The notes: generated by a model not told the origin, from the letters alone. DNA of 64,000 nt from Oopsacas minuta (GCA_024704765.1 JAKMXF010000155.1:62001-126000), one strand, 5' to 3'; numbered from the stretch's first letter, positions 11,589-25,274 are shown. Translations and numbers: made by a program.

Positions 11589-13856
11589 CAGTGTTTCGCA
11601 ACCTTTACCAATTTAACGCTCCCTCTTTAATACTTTATTGAATCAGTTTTTAATTCGTGACTATATAGACATATTAAAGATAGACTGATAGAGTATCTAG
11701 GGACTAATCTAAGTATCAGTATACGTTGGAGCATGTGATCCTTGACTTTGGTGGCTCTTTGCTAGTTTGACTACATCCGGTTCTAACTGCGTCAGAAAGA
11801 GTCTCAAGTCACCTCTTGTTGCTATTTCCAGTCGATTTCTTTGTTTATGAGCAGATTAACTACCGTGCTGAATCCCTTTTCGACAAGATATGATGATGGA
11901 AATGCAACAAACATTAATTTTACAGTTTGAAAAATATGGGAATAGCGTTCAGAGACTTCCTTCTTCATCCAGAATGCACTATATCCACATTGGGTGAATA
12001 TGACATTGCATTCCACATCCTTCTGCAAATCGATGAATTCTTCTTGAAATTGTGGATCCAAAGTTTCTATATTTGTTCTAAATGGATTTATCACAAAATT
12101 CGGGATAACTAACTCGGTTAAATCTTTGAATCGAATCACCAAATCTTCGCTAAGGGAATCAACATGTGAACAGTAAATATGAATGTTGTCATCTCTAACG
12201 ATGTTATTATTTGCCATATCCAGTTCACTTAAACAAGGTAACTGCCCAAATTCACGACGCGCAATATTCTGTCGGAACAAGCTTAGTTTACTTAAGAATG
12301 ATGGAACAACGCCCTTCGCTTGAATAAGAGTAGTATTATTCCCTTATAGCTGCTTATTCACTAAATTCAGCTTCTCCAATATGTTAGCTAAGTAACCCAC
12401 ATCAATCCTTATCATTTTAACCATTTCTGCCAGAGTTGAATCGTATTTTTCTAGGAACTCGACTATAGGATCAAGCAGTTGATGGAATCGTTACAAACAA
12501 TTACCTTTAGAAAGCCACCTAACTTCAGTATGGAGAAGGAGGCGTTTGTAATCTTCATCATTGTTTTCACAAAGGTGCTGAAAGATGCGGTCATTCAGTG
12601 AGTTATTTTTAATTTTGTTCGTAGTAGTAATCACGATTTGCAAAGACTGGTGAAGATTAGGTGTTAGGTGCTTGACGATCAAATCTTGACGATGTATGAC
12701 ACAATGAATAGAGAAAACCTTCGGCACAGCTCGTATCAGATGAGCTATGAAACCACGATGACGTCCAATCATTGAAGGTGCTCCATCAGTAGCACACACA
12801 ATAATATTTCCCATTGGTATGTTCTTCTCTTCACAAAATTGCTTTACCACCATAAATATTGTCTCACCTTTAGTATCTGTTTCTAGTGGCTTGGAGAAGA
12901 GCATTTCTTCTTTTGATACACCATTGTGAATATATCGTACATATGCCATAAGTAAGGCTTCATTGTCACATAAGGTTGACTCATCAAGCTGCAAAGCGAA
13001 ATCCGTTGTTTGTAAAATTTACACAACTGTTGTTCAACATCTATGGCCAATTCTTCGATCCTCGAACTGAGTTATTACTTAAGGGAATTGATCTAACTAC
13101 ACTAGACGTATCTTGATGCATGACAGTAGATATAACTTCTCTTATAGCTGGAAGGATGAGTTTTCCACATTTGGCGATTAAAAGAGATATATTATAAGAA
13201 GCAACAAGACCATCGTCATTTTTAGTAGTAATTTTGTTAATCATTCCATCTATGGAACTACTATTGCAAACTGCTTGCTTAAAGTCTGGAAATATTTGAG
13301 ATCCTTGTCTTTCATATCAGGGTGTTTCTTCGTCAAATGGCCGCACATACATGAAAGTTTCATGCCCTCATTAGAGAACACTTGATTGTAGCTTAAACAA
13401 AAGGGTAATTGTTGATTAGTAGGTGAAGCGATGAAACCAAATTTCAGATAATCTATGGAGTATTGACGGCATTTTTTCTTGGGATTTTCAGCCATGATTG
13501 GATATGCAAGAAAAATCGTGTCTACTATTGAGGTAATTAATGAAATAACATGGTATGATAACTTTTTATTACTTTATTAGGAAGCCGTCTGAACTGTAAA
13601 TTCAAAACAAAGAAACGATACCATTGAAAGCATTGATTGATTGCAAATGGTGAATACTTAGCTCTTCTTGTGGACAACGTGTTAAAATTGTCATTATGGG
13701 TAAAGTGCACAACATATTAATGATACAATAGTATTCCGCAAAATTTACAGATGTTTGAATAAATCTTTATCCAACGGCTCATTATCTTGTCAGCACCCCC
13801 TGAGGCAAAGCAAACGCCCCCCGGGGGGCTTTAAAGCCCTACGTTGGGAACCACTG
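11589..13856 (-). mobile_element. Buster/Charlie-type hAT transposon, 2268 bp
   Basis: TIRs CAGTGTTTCGCAAC and GTTGGGAACCACTG. Perfect 8-bp TSD CTATATGG (11581-11588, 13857-13864) with the Buster nnnTAnnn centre. Confidence 0.95.
11709..13495 (-). pseudogene. Buster transposase (ZBED5/SCAND3-like family), multiple frameshifts
   Basis: BED-like N-terminus (CRQYSIDYLKFGF..PFC..KKHP); QLDEST, CATDGAPSMIG, HCVIHRQ, VRWLSKG, FPSSYLVEKGFS in ORFs 13250-13495, 13041-13244, 12491-12994 and 11822-12280. Confidence 0.93.
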
Positions 13857-14711
13857 CTATATGGTGTTGAATAGTACTCACGTCTCGTCACCAGTAATAA
13901 TCTCGGCTAGGCGTCTAGAATCGCAGTTCTCATAAGTTTCTGAGAGTTTCTTGGCAATATTCAGTCGTGCCAACCTTTGATTCTCTCTGAGCTTATGAGG
14001 GACCCATTTCCCACTAATCAATAGGTAGCCAAGCTCAGTCGTCAGAATTGCATGAATAGCTCCCGATGAAATCTCCATTCTTTGTTCTTACTGATAGACA
14101 ATGATGGACTTGTCTTCCATGACCGTACTTACAATCAGTACGATATTTTCTGAAGTGGTGGCAATACCGGCCTTCCAGATCGAGGCAAATCTGTGACATT
14201 AGCATCACCAGATCTAAAACGGACAGCCCATCACTCGACAGTAGATCTTTAATGATAATCCACACACAATATCTCCTGTAGCTCGCTGAAGATCTATATG
14301 GGCTGAATCTTGAGTTTTGTGCGAAACTCTATATATGCTCGCTATTTGAGGTTTAAATTCTTATCCTTTGAAGCCATAAATTGAACAGTAGGTATGAATT
14401 GACTACGCGTGATTATCTCAAAACGTCATAATTTGTATTGAATATGCTTGAAACTTTCAGTATATGGAGTTTAACTATATGGGCTCATAATATCTGAAAG
14501 TAAGATATATTACTTGACTAATTCATGGGATATAACATGCCCAAAAGACTTACTGAACGCCCTGATATCACCCATATTGTCCGCTGGGTTTGAGTCATTC
14601 TTTGGTCAGATCGTGACAGAGTCGACTAAAAGACGACACTTTGTGTTCTGATTTAACCCCAATCTAATATTTCTAGAGGTGGTTCGCAACCTGTGAACCT
14701 CAAACCTAAAT

Positions 14712-14870
14712 CAGCGGTTCCCAAACTCGGGGTAAGAATCCCCCTTCGGGTCACCATTTCATTCCTTAGGGGTCATATAATAGACTTATGCACAAACAGT
14801 ATATACATTCTATCAAAGTTTAGGGAGCGTAACAATCATTGCGAGGGTCCATAACCAGGACATAGCCACT
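14712..14870. mobile_element. Buster-type hAT terminus remnant
   Basis: CAGCGGTTCCCAAACTCGGGG at 14712 is a Charlie/Buster-type left end. No clear partner end or TSD. Confidence 0.3.
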
Positions 14871-15092
14871 ATGGAAACTATTTAGACTCATCGACTAACC
14901 GCATATCTTCCAACCTTAGTTACATCAATTCTAGGACTGATTCAAAATTTCTCCTAGACTATGTGAAAATGCCTGGACTTCTGAAAAAGATTCACGCTCA
15001 CTGGCTCGGCTATTCAATTTCTGTCATGATATGCTATCTATTTCCTGACACATTGTATATCTAACGGATCTGATTCCGGTCTATTTTGTTAG

Positions 15093-17766
15093 CAGGGGCG
15101 TAGACACGAGTTAATAAGTGGGGGGGCTTAAAGTTGTGTGGGGCACAAAGCTCGCCTAAAGATTGTCTTAATTATCTCCATATCTAAGTTTCTATCTCTA
15201 GCATGTCTCTATTATCTTGGCTAAGAAGTACAAAAGAAACAGTTGGTAACGTAGGCGAAACATTACCCACGAGTGGCAGTGAGCACGAGGATGAACTGCC
15301 TACCGACTTGAATCACACTGAGAAACCTGTACAGTCATCCAGCCAACTTATGGAAACAGAGCTGGCCTGCTTGGTTCCAGAGAGTCTCTACCAACCATTC
15401 CTGTTATTTCCTCAGCGTTCATTTGGCAACCAACAGCGAGCATTCTGTTCATCTTGGTACAGCAAATATCCATGGCTACATTACCAAGAAGTATGTGACA
15501 GCGTCCTTTGCTTCTACTGTTTGGTGGCTTATAAGCGTGGGCTAGGTTCTATTGCTAGCAACAAGTCATCGGATGATAAATTCACAAAGATTGGCTTGTC
15601 AAACTGGAAGAAGGCACTTACAAAGTTTGATAAACATCAGAATTCACTCTCTCATCGTGATGCTATAGACCAGGTTATGTGTAGAAATAAGGATGTTGGT
15701 GAAATTTTGAGGAAAGGGTATGCAGAAGAAAAAGCTGAAAACAGAAGGATGCTACAAATAATTATCACTAGTAAACGCTATCTTGGCAGACAAGGTCTTG
15801 CTTTGCGTGGACATTATAAAACTGGAGATGACATTGTTGAGAGAGGTGAGACGGATTCAAACTTTATACAGCTCCTCAAGACACGTGCTGAAGATAATCC
15901 AGGCCTCTTCAACTGGATGAAAAAATCTCAATCCAAATTCACTAGCCCAGACATACAGAATGAGATTATCAGTATCATGGCATTGATGATTCTGAGGAAG
16001 ATTGCAAGTGAACTGTCAGGAAAGATTTATACAATCATGGTAGATGAAACTACCGATCTGTCTAACACAGAACAGATGGTCTTGTGCCTACGGTATGTAG
16101 ATGATGATCTGGAAGTGCATGAAGAGGTGATAGGACTACACAGCTTAGAGTCCACTTCTGCAGACATGATAGTCTCAACAATTCAGGATATACTGCTGCG
16201 CTTAAATATAAGAATTGATCACTGCCGTGGCCAATGCTACGATGGGGCCTATAATATGTCAGGAGTAAGGTCAGGTGTCGCAACGCAACTTATTCGTCTG
16301 GAATCCCGTGCATTATATACCCACTGTTATGGGCACGCACTAAATCTAGCAACTCAGGATGCACTGAAGGGTGTGAAAATTATGAAAGATGCCCTGGATA
16401 CGGTGTTTGAAATCACCAAGCTTATAAAGAAATCACCTAAACGCGATATTATCTTCCAAAGGTTTAAAGATGATGTCACCATTGCTTCTCCAGGACTTCG
16501 TGTTCTGTGCCCAACACGCTGGACTGTCAGGGCTGAAGCACTAGCATCAATAGCTGAGAATTATCATGCACTGCAGTTAACATGGGATGTTGCAAAGGAC
16601 GCCACGAGAGACACAGAAATGAGAGCACGGATAGGAGGAGTTGCCGCTCAAATGGAGAAGTTTGACTTTTTTTATGGGATTTCACTTGGTAGAAAGCTTC
16701 TCAACATAGTAGACAACCTATCTCGCTCTATGCAAGCAAAAAATATTTCAGCATGTGATGGACAAAGACTTGTTGATATGACGCATAAAACACTCCAGTC
16801 TATGAGAACTGATGAGTGTTTTGGATTATTCTGGGGGTACCTTGAATGCAGAAGATCCTCAGTTGATGTGTCATCACCCACGCTTCCACGACGTTTTGAA
16901 AAAGGGGATTGTGCTCCAGAATATCCAACAACGGTGCAAGATAACTATCGAAGGATCTACCTTGAGGCAATTGAACTCATAGTGACGACCACCACAAACA
17001 GATTTCAGCAAAAGGGATTCAAAATGATGCAGAAATTGGAGACAGTTCTAACTTCCGTCCAACAACCCCAGCTATCCGAAGGAATAAAAGATGTTGTTGA
17101 ATTTTATTGTCCTGACTTTAACCATCCAGACTGTCTCCTTACACAATTGAACATCCTTCATACCAGTACTGATAACCCAATGACTGACTTAGAGTCCATA
17201 GTTACACACCTTAAATCTTTAGGAATAGCAGAGAGGGTATTCTTTTCTGAAGTGATAAAGGCAGTCAAGATCATTCTTGTAATGCCAGCAACTAACGCTG
17301 TAAGCGAGAGAAGTTTCAGTGCACTCCGCAGGCTGAAGACGTGGCTACGTACTACTACAACGCAATCAAGGCTGAACTGGTGTATGCTGCTACATGTTCA
17401 CAAGGAGAAGACAGATGCCTTACAAATGATAAGCGTGGGTAATGAATTCATATCACGTAATGATAGTCGAGTGCAACTATTTGGTAAATTCTAGTTCACT
17501 AAAGTATTTTGTGTAGAAGTATATCTGGTAATATCTTAGTAATTATCTAATATGAGTTAACGAATCCTTAGATTTGAGGTGGGAGGGTTGGCATTACACA
17601 GGCATATTTGAAAACAAAATAATGTTCATTAGGTAGGCCTGCGGCATTTTCAAGAGGGGGGAGGGCAAATAGTCCCCAATAGGGGGTGGATAGATAAAAT
17701 CTTATGTATGAGCTACAAAAACTGGGGGGCTAAAGCCCCCCCAGCCCCCCGGTGTCTACGCCCTTG
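15093..17766 (+). mobile_element. Full-length, apparently autonomous hAT element (Tip100/ZMYM1-like, hAT5-type) with 5-bp TSD
   Basis: 15-bp TIR CAGGGGCGTAGACAC / GTGTCTACGCCCTTG (1 mismatch). GTTAG on both sides (15088-15092, 17767-17771). G/C-run subterminal palindromes. Contains an intact ORF. Confidence 0.92.
15203..17494 (+). CDS. hAT transposase, 763 aa (TTF-type zinc finger, DUF4371-like region, DDE core, C-terminal dimerisation domain)
   Basis: WYSKYPWLHY..LCFYC..NWKKA..KH; GLALRGH; SPDIQNEII; IMVDETTD; GQCYDGA; HCYGHALNL; PTRW; PATNAVSERSFSALRRLKTWLR. Uninterrupted ORF. Confidence 0.95.
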   Translation: MSLLSWLRSTKETVGNVGETLPTSGSEHEDELPTDLNHTEKPVQSSSQLMETELACLVPESLYQPFLLFPQRSFGNQQRAFCSSWYSKYPWLHYQEVCDSVLCFYCLVAYKRGLGSIASNKSSDDKFTKIGLSNWKKALTKFDKHQNSLSHRDAIDQVMCRNKDVGEILRKGYAEEKAENRRMLQIIITSKRYLGRQGLALRGHYKTGDDIVERGETDSNFIQLLKTRAEDNPGLFNWMKKSQSKFTSPDIQNEIISIMALMILRKIASELSGKIYTIMVDETTDLSNTEQMVLCLRYVDDDLEVHEEVIGLHSLESTSADMIVSTIQDILLRLNIRIDHCRGQCYDGAYNMSGVRSGVATQLIRLESRALYTHCYGHALNLATQDALKGVKIMKDALDTVFEITKLIKKSPKRDIIFQRFKDDVTIASPGLRVLCPTRWTVRAEALASIAENYHALQLTWDVAKDATRDTEMRARIGGVAAQMEKFDFFYGISLGRKLLNIVDNLSRSMQAKNISACDGQRLVDMTHKTLQSMRTDECFGLFWGYLECRRSSVDVSSPTLPRRFEKGDCAPEYPTTVQDNYRRIYLEAIELIVTTTTNRFQQKGFKMMQKLETVLTSVQQPQLSEGIKDVVEFYCPDFNHPDCLLTQLNILHTSTDNPMTDLESIVTHLKSLGIAERVFFSEVIKAVKIILVMPATNAVSERSFSALRRLKTWLRTTTTQSRLNWCMLLHVHKEKTDALQMISVGNEFISRNDSRVQLFGKF

Positions 17767-20700
17767 GTTAGCAATGAATCAACAAAACGACCCTCATGTA
17801 TGTCACCAACAAAATAACAGTAGGAAAATACTTGATCTGGCAATACTTGGACAAACAAATTATGGTGATTATACTGATTGCGAACTAGAACTCGTAGAAA
17901 TGGTTCAATATAAGTTAATTAATTATTGTTTTATGATTCTAGGCTATTAAAGACCTGCTCTAAGTGAAATCCCTGGAGGTATGGACAAGGGGAAATTTTT
18001 CTGGACGGCAAAGATTCCCTAACGGTTGGCATATATTTACTGGGTCCAGGTGGTTGAATGGTAGTTGACACATAATGTATTCACAAATTTGTTTTGCCAT
18101 ATACTTTGACTTTATCATATAATCATTGATGAGATGATCATGATTATGTAACATCCACACGTGAATCATATGGAATATATATTTTCAGTAGATATATCCC
18201 AAATATTGTAATATCGAGGTACAAAGATAGCGGCACCCTGGCTCAATAAACTGTGCCCCAAAAAGGAAGTAAGGAGTCAATAAGGACAAGGGGTCGAATC
18301 CTCTAAATTTAAAATATCAGGGGTTAGAAGGGTGAAAGAGTTGGGAACCAGTGCCCTAAGTATACCTTTTATAACTAAACATTTCCCTGTATAAATTTTT
18401 CTGAGAAATTAGAGGTTATGATGTTATTGAGCTCTTTTCTGAACATGATGTACTAGACACAAGTTGGGAGATAGGGCAACAAAAATGAATTTCAAATGCT
18501 TAATAGCACGAAAAGCTGTAAGAGAGTTAGTAGCAATTTAGTGCAAGATCACAATGAGTGCCAAAGTTCATTCAGAAATCTTGACAAAAACATAGGAATA
18601 TCTTTTGCGGTAACTAGCAGTTACGATTATTTGATCAGAATTATGAGGACTCTAAATAATAATTAGTTTACTACTGGTAACTATAGGGAAATATAATTAT
18701 GACACTTCAAACGTGGATATATGATGAAAAAAATTGAAATTTGAATAATACTATAAAGTTACAACTCGTGTCGACAGCTCAATATACTGATTAAATTTGT
18801 TTAAAGTGGCACTAGTAATTAGGGGCGCCATGTGTAATTTGTCAAACTTTTATTCTATAGTGCTTCGAATTACTAGTAACACTTAAATAAATTTAAAGTT
18901 GTCAGCAAAGGGTATTATTCCATATTTATGCTTGCTAAGCTCGCAATATATTGTAAAATTCGATAAAAACACTACAATATACAAATTGCCCAAATCTCAA
19001 ACATTGATTTTGCTATATCAAAATTATGGTGAAGTCACTCTTATCAAGGATAATGCATCTCATTTAGCATATATTACATTTCATCAATTGCAAGTATAAT
19101 TCTATCTCATATACAAATGGAGTTATGAGCATTCTACAATTCTTTGACGTCATAGTGACTTAGCAAAAATATCCAAAAAATTTGTGAATGTGTCCAAACA
19201 CTTGTGCTTTGTCCACTTCATCGATATCTCACTTTTGGAAAATTTTGCCTTGTCATCACCACCTCCACTATGGTGACGTCATAGCTATGGTGGCCAATGT
19301 GTCCATTCTAACAGCTACTACACTTCATCAATTGGAAGTATTACTCTAGCTGCTATCGTTATAAATTTTTTCGGGTGAGCATATGTTTTTATGTAGTTTA
19401 CGAGGGTACTTAATTATGTCTATTATGTCGATAATTATTCCTCATCGATAAAATAAAATAAATAAATTTTTCAATAAAATGTTTGTTTACAAAACTTCGA
19501 ATTAATATATAAATATTTCTAAATACTACAGTTAAATTATTCAGAGCAAATACAGACTGCGAAATCAGAACAATTAAATGCCACAATAATTTCAATTAAT
19601 TCCAAATAAAAGAAATTGCATGTAAGACAGTCTGGAATATTCTAGAAGATAATACAATTTTGATGGGAAATAAAAGTGGCACTAAGTGGCAAATTGCACC
19701 AGATCAAAAAGAGTATGCAAAGATGCAAATCTATGGGTCACAATGAGCCTATTGACAATTTTCAGCTCTAAATCATAAACGGTGTAAGCTGTAGAGTGGA
19801 CGCCGATAAAACAAATACAAACTTCCCACTAAGATCAATTCTGAGCCATATACTAAAGTATAGTGGGGAAAGTAACAAGAGCATGGAAAATGCTCAAATG
19901 CTTAAAATCGAATTTAAACATACATCAATATTAGATGAGTATGCACATTAGCTGAGTGTATATACAAAAAAACAAATAAAAATAATAAACTAATATCATG
20001 TATGATATAACATCTAAATATGTATTTTGTGCTTAGTTGGGCATAAACACAAATTTTTGAGTATCACTTCCAGAATACCGTATACAAAAATCGAAATATT
20101 TCGAGGTGTTCACAGATTGAGAATACGATGAAACTACTTTGAGCGTAATATAAGGATATAAAGAATCTCTGTAAAGCCATACTGTCCAACCCTCACGATC
20201 TCATCGGGAGCTATCTAATCCCGAATTGACCTTTTCTACCCTATTTAACCAGATATCCTACATTATTAATCGAATATTTCCCTCAACTTTAAGACAATAT
20301 CCACTCAAATTGGGTATTAGACGACTACTCATTTGGATTTACTATTATTATACTTCAACAATTCAAAATTAGCTTAAACTGTTGTATATCTCGTTTCCAA
20401 TTGTTATGGCATCTAAACGGTTATTTGATGATCCGAAATCTGACAAAAGTTAGTAGGAAGAAACATAAGTTTGAAAGTCAATTAAAACATTCCCGGAAGA
20501 ATGAAACTTTCTTAGTGAATAAAAGAGAAACGTTGAAAACATTTTCAGGTGAAGTATTATCCGGAGTTGAAGGTAGTAGTAATACAAAATGTGTACCATG
20601 TTGTGTAATATTTTGGGTTCAAACGATACGGTCTGGCCCAAGTTAGAAATCCAGATTTGAAGTAGCTACTAGATTGGACAGTATGTAAAGCGTTCAGAGA

Positions 20701-21513
20701 AACCAGATTGAACTAAAAATATTTTAGGAAAGAAATAGTACTAACCAAAATTGAACGAATGGAGCAGGACTGTGTCCATCCTCTACTTGCAATGTACAAA
20801 TGTCCATTATCTTGCATCAGTAATAAGAGAAGAGTAATGTATTGAAAATCATAACGGAAAATGTTAGCATTCCCAAAAGTGAAGGAAAAAGTGTTTTTAG
20901 GGAAATAACGAGTGGAAAGGATACAATCCAGGAAAGTAGGAAAATACAAATTATTAGAAATATAAACATGCTCAGGAGCTTTTTGATAAATAATTTCATC
21001 ACACTCTGGAAATAGAAACAAAGAGAGAACTGTTGAGATCGAAGGGAATCGTATAAATAATTGATTGAATGACTGCCTGAAGGAAGCATAATTTCGGTTA
21101 ATAGAAAACTCATGCAACAGCTTGATAAAATCTAAATAGACCTAAATAAAATACTCATAAAACAAATTAGATAGAATAGTAGAAAATGGAAGTGAAAAGT
21201 GACATACAAGGACGAATCGGGAATTGAAGGACTATCCTGATGTTATCAGAAATATGGTTTCCTAATAAGTGAGTGACCTAAGTAAAATAAGACAAATTGA
21301 CAATTTTGAACTTATGATAAGAAAAATATGAACGTGGGTAGAGGTTAATTAGATATTTACGAGAACAAACATGTATATAATGGGATTTGAGAAGAGTGAC
21401 ATAAAAATTTAGTATATAAGTATGATTATATTTGTTTGCTCGAGAGAAGTTTAGAATAGTGACAATCAACGCCACGAAATGTTACACTTCAAAAAATATA
21501 CATAAATAAGATA

Positions 21514-21650
21514 CACTGGGCCCCGCTTAATACCATATATCGCCATGCAGTGCCATACCTACACCCCCAGCGATTAGGCTAAGGCGGGGTGCGTTATCTT
21601 GGATGTAATTCGAAAAGATCCAACCGAAATTCTTATCCAAGATTATACTG
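21514..21650. mobile_element. pogo-type MITE remnants
   Basis: TCTTATCCAAGATTATACTG|TA ending at 21650 resembles the right TIR of the 2524-2709 MITE. TA|CACTGGGCCCCGCTTAA and TAAGGCGGGG form a separate partial inverted pair. Confidence 0.3.
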
Positions 21651-24600
21651 TATATCTTAGATACCCAATATAAATTTGATTAATTTTCATGAGGTAAGAC
21701 GAGAATCAGATAATCCCACATATATTTGGTTCCCGAAGGGATACGCCCTATCCACCAAGTTAAGGGCTGACAGACGTCTGGGTTTGAAGGAGAACATTAC
21801 TTTTTGAAGTACACACTTGTCAACAATTGACACATCTGGGCGAAGCATAATCTCACTTGAACACAAAAAGATTTTTGTATTACTCGCTCCGCTCGCTCTT
21901 TCAAAATGTTAGATTCCTACGATAATGCACTTATCTATTCGCTCCACACATTTTGTATTAAAAAAACAAAATATTCCACCTCATAATTGATCTAAAATAC
22001 TATATTTCAGTATCTCATCCAACTATGTAATACAAGACAGGCCCCAAGTGTCGGTAGGTCAGGTTGTGCGATGATCGTCGCACCAAGAATTTCTATTAAT
22101 ATAGATAGTGAAATCTGAGAATTCCAGACTGACACATTATTCCTCGCCACACCAATAATGTTTACATAATACGTCGGTGCAATATGAAATTGTTTGTCTA
22201 ATAGAATCCCTAGATTTATTGAAACTTATTGATTCACTAACTAGTAAGAATATAATACAGGTTTAGTAGCGGCGTAAATGTGTTTAACATTGTCGCGAGT
22301 GGCATCTTTTCCAAAAGGGTGCGTCCATATTAGGAAATCTGTTCTTATAAAAAACTTGGTGAAAACAACCCCCGAAAAGAAATAGGTGTCCGTTGCATCC
22401 CTTATCACCTCAAAGATAATACTGATTCTCGGAATGACAATTTGTTGAGCTTGGACCTTAGGAAATTTGGCAACCCTATTTGAGTTCCATTGTACCTGTT
22501 ATGATACCTCATTCGACATTAGGGCATTGTATGAAGAGAAAAGGATTATTACATTATTTAGAAGTATAGTTTTGATTAAGAAGGGCTCTAACCTGATGTA
22601 GCGAGGACCACAAAATGTATTTACATCACTGCTCACATGCTGGGTGTTTTAAGACATTATCCGACAGAGTGGGCAACTAGGGCGTACAAGGGCCAAATTA
22701 TGAGATTCAAATTTTCAAAAGATATTTGGAATATGTGTTATACATATAAAATTGAATGGACAAAACTTATCTCTCAGATGATTTGATAAAATATTTTTCC
22801 AAACACAATAAATTGAATTGAAACATATTGATAGCCAACTTCGCAAAGCCATATATAACAAAGTCATAACTAAGAAGACATATCTATTACATTACAACTA
22901 GTTGATGTACAATATGTAGAATGGGAAAGAGTAAATATCACTGTAGTTGTAAGGTGGCCTGCTACTACTTTCCAATGGTATAACTCCCAAGCAGAACCAG
23001 GCCCATTCCAAAAATATAGGAAGGAAGTCCAAAAATACTGTACAGTGCAACTTCTATAAGTGGGGTACCTTTACAAGCGGGGCAACTATAGTCCAGCTTC
23101 ATTCATTTCAATAGAAACTAATCTCTCTAAGAGGGGAATGGGGGATACTTTAGAGAGAATTATGCCTCATGCAATTGAAATTCACCCCCATATGAGGTGC
23201 AGTAGGAAAGTTTTGCCATGAGATGATTAATTGTATAAAATCAACTTAAAACTTTCCCACAAATTCTGAACACAGAATTTATAGTTACAAAGTATTTTCA
23301 TACCAAAATTCACAAAATTCATACAATATGTTCATTTTTGTAATACTAGTTTTGCATATTTTCATATCTCCGAGGAAACGTTAGGCAAGATTGGGCAACG
23401 GTCATAATATACTAGTATTTCAAGCGTAAGTTATCAACATAGGAATGTCTTTTTGAATGCAGAAGGTGGTGATGTAGTTTCATTACGCTGGTAATGTAGT
23501 CTCATTATACAAAAATTATGAAAAAATATAAGGAAAGTGAATAAGTGGGGGTGAATGGAATACTTGGGTTAGCAATATCTAAATAGATGTCCGTACATTC
23601 CATAATCCAGATGAGTTATATTCTTTGAGGTATTCTTGGCAAAAAATTTCAGATTAATCATATATCATAGAGAAATTGGAATGTACAAGAAGTCAAACCA
23701 TCCTGGGTCGTGAAGTTTCTTTAAGTTAATTGATATGGAATTTCCCATAAATAGAAATATTTAATCCGTTATAATAGCATAGATTTTCATTATTTCAAAG
23801 ATATATGAATGTTCGAAATGTAATGCAGTACATCCTCATAATCCGAACAGTGCTGTTCCAATTGCAATATATATCGTTCTGATTAGCGAAATGCATAGAA
23901 ACAATACTATAGGATATAGGCAGACATTTTCGAAAGTCGTGCAACGATGGAAATGCGGGCCAACATGTTAATAGAGTAATATGTAATTTCCACACTAGAA
24001 TTTGATGCAATTTATTATTTTTGAACATTTTCCAAAAGTTGTAAAACTTGTTGGACCTGTTCGGTGGAGCGAGGATTCAAATTACGAGGTTCAGTTTAGC
24101 GAAGGTCTGATGTATCTTATTCCTAATCGCTCCTTTTAGTTTTACACCAAACAGCATTAAAGATTAATTTCCAAAATTGACTATTAGCTTAAGTTTGATT
24201 GGATTTGATAGTATGTCAATAATTACTTCCTATCATAACATATTTACTTACAGCAATTGATCAAGGTAAAAATTGGATCTAACGCCAATATGAAGGTCCA
24301 GTAATCCTAGGCATTTAATCGGGGCGCCTGCATTCGCACGGGTCTCAGGCACCTATATCCGGCCCTGCAAAGTAAGATGCATGCAAATGAGATGAATCAA
24401 CTCTCTTTTCCTGTATTGCCATTGTAATTGGAATCACTATCTTTCTATGGGAAATGCCATATGAGAAATTCTGTGAGAATGGGATGTGGATGTGAATAGA
24501 AATTCCGTTCACACGCCACGTGAAAACGTCAAAACTAACTCACATCTTCTTTCCTATGAGAAAAGATCATACATTTTTAATACTACAATTCCTGGTCCAC

Positions 24601-24757
24601 CCCTTCAGCATAATTGTTTGCCCCCTCCGCTCTCTCTGACGCCGCCCTGTGCATAATTATTAGAGTAATTCGAAAGATTCTGGACTGATAATTTATGTAA
24701 TTTTATTAATAGCAATGTTTGCTGTTATTATAATTACGTTTAGTGCACCAGTATATA

Positions 24758-24910
24758 CATGGTTTCCTTATCAACGGTTATGAACCTTTTTCACCCGCAG
24801 ACATGTTATGTTCCATTTCAAGTGGTCCGCGGGCCTACTGCTATTAACCATGTTTGGGACCAAGCCCGTATAGGCCTAGTGAGCCGCGGATCACAGTTTA
24901 TGGACCACTG
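24758..24910. mobile_element. Charlie-like hAT MITE remnant
   Basis: GGTCCGCGGGCC and CCGCGGATCACAGTTTATGGACCACTG resemble a Charlie-type right end. Left end degenerate, no TSD. Confidence 0.35.
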
Positions 24911-25274
24911 CGCAATAGTATTAACATTTTCTCTGTGTCACCACGACGGGAAATCTAATTAGACCCACTATGTAAGTGATATATTCATATGTATTGATAT
25001 TTGTTGGGTGTCCTTCTCCTTTTGATATTCGGTTGGACGCCAAGTGCCACTATTTGGGACCAGTTAATCTTTAGTCTGGCCTCTAGCAAATAATTATGCA
25101 AAGAAGGAATCAAATATTCACATTATTTGAAAGAGAAATATACAAATTAATTCCAGCTCTCAATTACAGCTGGAAATCACTGCTAGTATAAGTGCTAATA
25201 AGAAGTACAAGTATGAAACTCTTTAGAAAATATTGTTTTAGATCAATTGATGATAGATAGCTTTCATTCATATA

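Larger units (their letters stand above)
11040..14377 (-). pseudogene. mariner transposase, interrupted and decayed
   Basis: MASKDKN..RAYIEFRT start at 14377; GKWVPHKL and EIITGDET (13878-14078); after the hAT insert HLPYSSDPVHCDF and CVSAGGDYFE near 11045. Confidence 0.85.
10962..14565 (-). mobile_element. mariner (DD34D) element split by a hAT insertion
   Basis: Degenerate TIRs CTAGGGGGTTCAATAAGTCTT and AAGACTTACTGAACGCCCTG. About 1.3 kb after removing 11589-13856. Ends approximate by 1-2 bp. Confidence 0.8.

Noticed and set aside
20401-21117. Overlapping short ORFs suggesting a host gene or decayed coding region
   Set aside because: No recognisable domain, many stops in the best frame, and no convincing splice structure.
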